From NCBI GenBank assembly GCA_963849585.1, contig CAWKHZ010000009.1:96771-160770 (forward strand): DNA of 64,000 nt, given 5' to 3'. This document shows, piece after piece, positions 61,735-64,000 of this stretch. The notes under the pieces were generated by a model. That model searched no databases. It saw only the letters and a list, made by a program, of their open reading frames with translations, and was not told where the DNA came from. Source of the stretch: an uncultured Acidobacteriota bacterium (lineage in GTDB: Bacteria; Acidobacteriota; Blastocatellia; Pyrinomonadales; Pyrinomonadaceae). Both the position numbers and the translations under genes were made by a program. Every line of letters starts with the position of its first letter. Position 1 is the stretch's first letter.

Positions 61735-64000
61735 ATGAACACATTCTTTAAAAACGTACGCTACGCTTTCCGGACGCTGTTGCGGCAACCCGTCTTTACA
61801 CTTGTTGCGGTGATCACCCTCGCGTTGGGCATCGGCGCAAACACCGCCATCTTCACTTTGGTTAACGCCGTTCTGCTTCGCGCTTTGCCATTTCAGAAAC
61901 CCGAGCAACTGGTGTCGGTTGGCAGAGTCCCGGGGCAGGGTGGCATGCCGGGACTCGCAGGCTTCCAGTATCTGGCCTGGAAAGAGAAGAGCAATTCTTT
62001 CGACGGCATCGCTGCTTATACCGACAACAACTTCAATCTGATCGGAAACGGCGAACCCGAACGCATCTCGTGCGCGCAGGTTACCGCCAGCCTGTTCCCA
62101 ACACTTGGCGTGCAACCGATCGTGGGCCGCACGTTTCTGCCGGAAGAAGATCGCCGCGGAAACAATCAAGTCGCTATCGTCAGCGAAGGCTTTTGGCAGC
62201 GTCGCTACGGGCGTGAGCCGTCTCTTGTCGGCAGCACTATTCAGCTTGACGACAAGAACTACACCGTAGTCGGCATCATGCCGTCGAGCTTTCGTTTTCC
62301 GGGTGACTTTGAGATCTGGTTACCGCTTGCGCTCGATCCTGTCAGGGAGACGCAGGGCGATTTCTTCAGTCTGGTTGAAGTCGTCGGTCGCTTGAAGCCG
62401 GACGTGATGGTCCAACAGGCGCAGATCAGAGCTGAATCTCATCTCTCAGCAAGCGTCGACTGAACTCAAAGATCCGGTGCAGCCCGCGAATCTCCAGATT
62501 CACGCACTTCACCAACAACTTGTCGTCGGTGTTCGTCTCACGTTGTTCGTGTTATGGGGCGCAGTTGGTTTGGTGATGTTGTTGGCCTGCGTGAACGTTG
62601 CGAATCTCATGTTGGCGCGAACAGTGGGCCGGCAACGTGAGATGGCAGTACGCGCCGCGGTTGGCGCTCGACGTTGGCAACTGATTCGACAGCTACTCGG
62701 CGAAAGCATCATCCTCGGAATCATTGGCGGTGCTCTTGGGCTGCTGTTGGCTTTCTGGTTTACGAGTGCCATCGCCTCGATCGTGCCTGAAGGATTCGCG
62801 AGTTCGATTCACGATTTGAAAGCGATTGGCCTTGATTGGCGAGTGTTTTGTTTCACACTCGGCTTGTCACTGCTGACCGGAGTGATATTCGGAATCGTCC
62901 CGGCACTCACCGGGTCGCGGCCCGACTTGCTCAGAGTGTTACGCGAGAGTGCGAGTCGCAATCTGATGAGCTTTGGCTTGCGCAGCATGCGTGGCTGGCT
63001 CGTCGTTACTGAACTCGCGCTCGCGTTGATCCTGCTTTTGGGTGCGGGGCTGCTCGTCAGAAGTTTCCGGGAATTAAACGCGGTCGATCTCGGATTCAAT
63101 CGAGAGAACGTATTGACAGCGCGCATCGGTCTGCCGCGCTCGGTATATCGCACTCCCGCTCAAACAACCGCCTTCAATCAGCAACTGCTCGATCGGATCA
63201 AGGCGCTTCCCGGCGTTGAATCGACAGGCACGATCAATCACACACCGCTGACTGGTTTCGGCATCATTGCTTTCACGGGGATTGAAGGTCAACCACCTCC
63301 TGATCGAGAAAAAGACGCAGCGCTCGGCATCGGCGCGGTTACTCCCGATTACTTTCGAACGTTGCAGATTCCGCTTATCAGTGGCCGCGGTTACGACGAG
63401 CGCGACCGTGCTGAAGCACCCAAGGTAGCGATCGTTAACCAGGCGTTTGCGCAGCGTTACTTTCCCAACGGCGATGTTTTAGGCAAGCGAATCGGATTCG
63501 GTTGCGAACCGGGCCTTTGCACGACGATCGTCGGCGTGGTTGGGAATGTTAAGCAGGAAAGCATCACTGCCGGTGTTGCGCCTGAGATCTATGTTCCGTT
63601 TAGTCAGATGCCGATGAACGGCATGACAGTGTTTGTCCGCAGTAAAGGCGACCCCGCCGATCTCGCGCGAGCACTGCGCAGCGAAGTGTTTGCGATAGAC
63701 AAGAACCAGCCTGTTTACGATGTGAAGACACTGGATCAGCGCGTGGTCCAAACCATCGCCGCTTCGCGATCGCTGATGCTCTTGTTTTCAGGATTTGCCG
63801 TGCTGGCCCTGGTGCTGGCGTCGGTTGGTATTTACGGAATCGTTTCGTACGCGGTCAGCCAGCGGACAAGGGAGATCGGGATTCGCATGGCGCTCGGCGC
63901 ACGCGGTGTCGATGTGTTGCGAATGGTCCTAAAGAACGGAATGACTTTAGTCGTGGCAGGCGTCGCGATTGGCGTGGCTGGAGCTTTGGCTCTCACGCGC
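61735..64000 (+). pseudogene. ADOP-type MacB/FtsX-family ABC permease 5 (one frame change near 62430-62460; runs off window end)
   Basis: [53 protein letters not shown] (61735..62463). From about 62430 another frame reads ELNLISQQASTELKDP…[30 protein letters not shown]… without a stop to position 64000. Confidence 0.8.

Noticed and set aside
33100-62460. Programmed ribosomal frameshifting or recoding as the explanation for the split genes
   Set aside because: The breaks are numerous, go in both directions, occur in unrelated genes, and show no recurring slippery heptamer or downstream structure that I could see. Essential rpoD would need three separate events. A sequence-error explanation is simpler.

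Overview
GC-rich bacterial chromosomal window. It looks Acidobacteriota-like, an inference from five tandem ADOP-type MacB/FtsX permeases, a PEP-CTERM protein and DUF4097/ECF modules.

Gene order:
- hemE-hemH
- a PEP-CTERM protein
- an ECF sigma / anti-sigma / DUF4097 envelope module, with a DUF5916 outer-membrane protein and an RND pump
- pncA-pncB, pgi, an orphan MreB-like gene and a bacterial type IB topoisomerase
- a small stress-like cluster (SDR, YhfW-like FAD/Rieske enzyme, several tiny membrane proteins)
- a ten-gene gas-vesicle operon (25.8-32.0 kb)
- a GAF/PAS hybrid histidine-kinase locus
- Rrf2-rpoD, trxA, ubiX, a dienelactone hydrolase, a BNR/sortilin-like protein, a DUF5117-type zinc metalloprotease and a Ser/Thr kinase
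- a MacA / 2x ABC-ATPase / 5x ADOP-permease array that runs off the window end

Main points of interest:
1. The gas-vesicle operon has three GvpF/L paralogues, GvpG, GvpK and three GvpA-family proteins. It contains a tandem pair of Get3/TRC40-like ArsA-family ATPases and has no GvpN, GvpC or GvpO in the window.
2. That ATPase pair is bracketed by two copies of a CCCGCAAAGGCGCAAAG-type inverted-repeat module. It belongs to a wider set of intercistronic hairpins whose arms are tandem hepta/octamers.
3. I found no frame breaks before about 33.1 kb. From there to about 62.5 kb almost every large gene is broken by +/-1 indels, including rpoD. This looks more like a sequence-quality problem than real decay and limits the annotation there.

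All family assignments come from motif recognition in the supplied translations. No database search was run.
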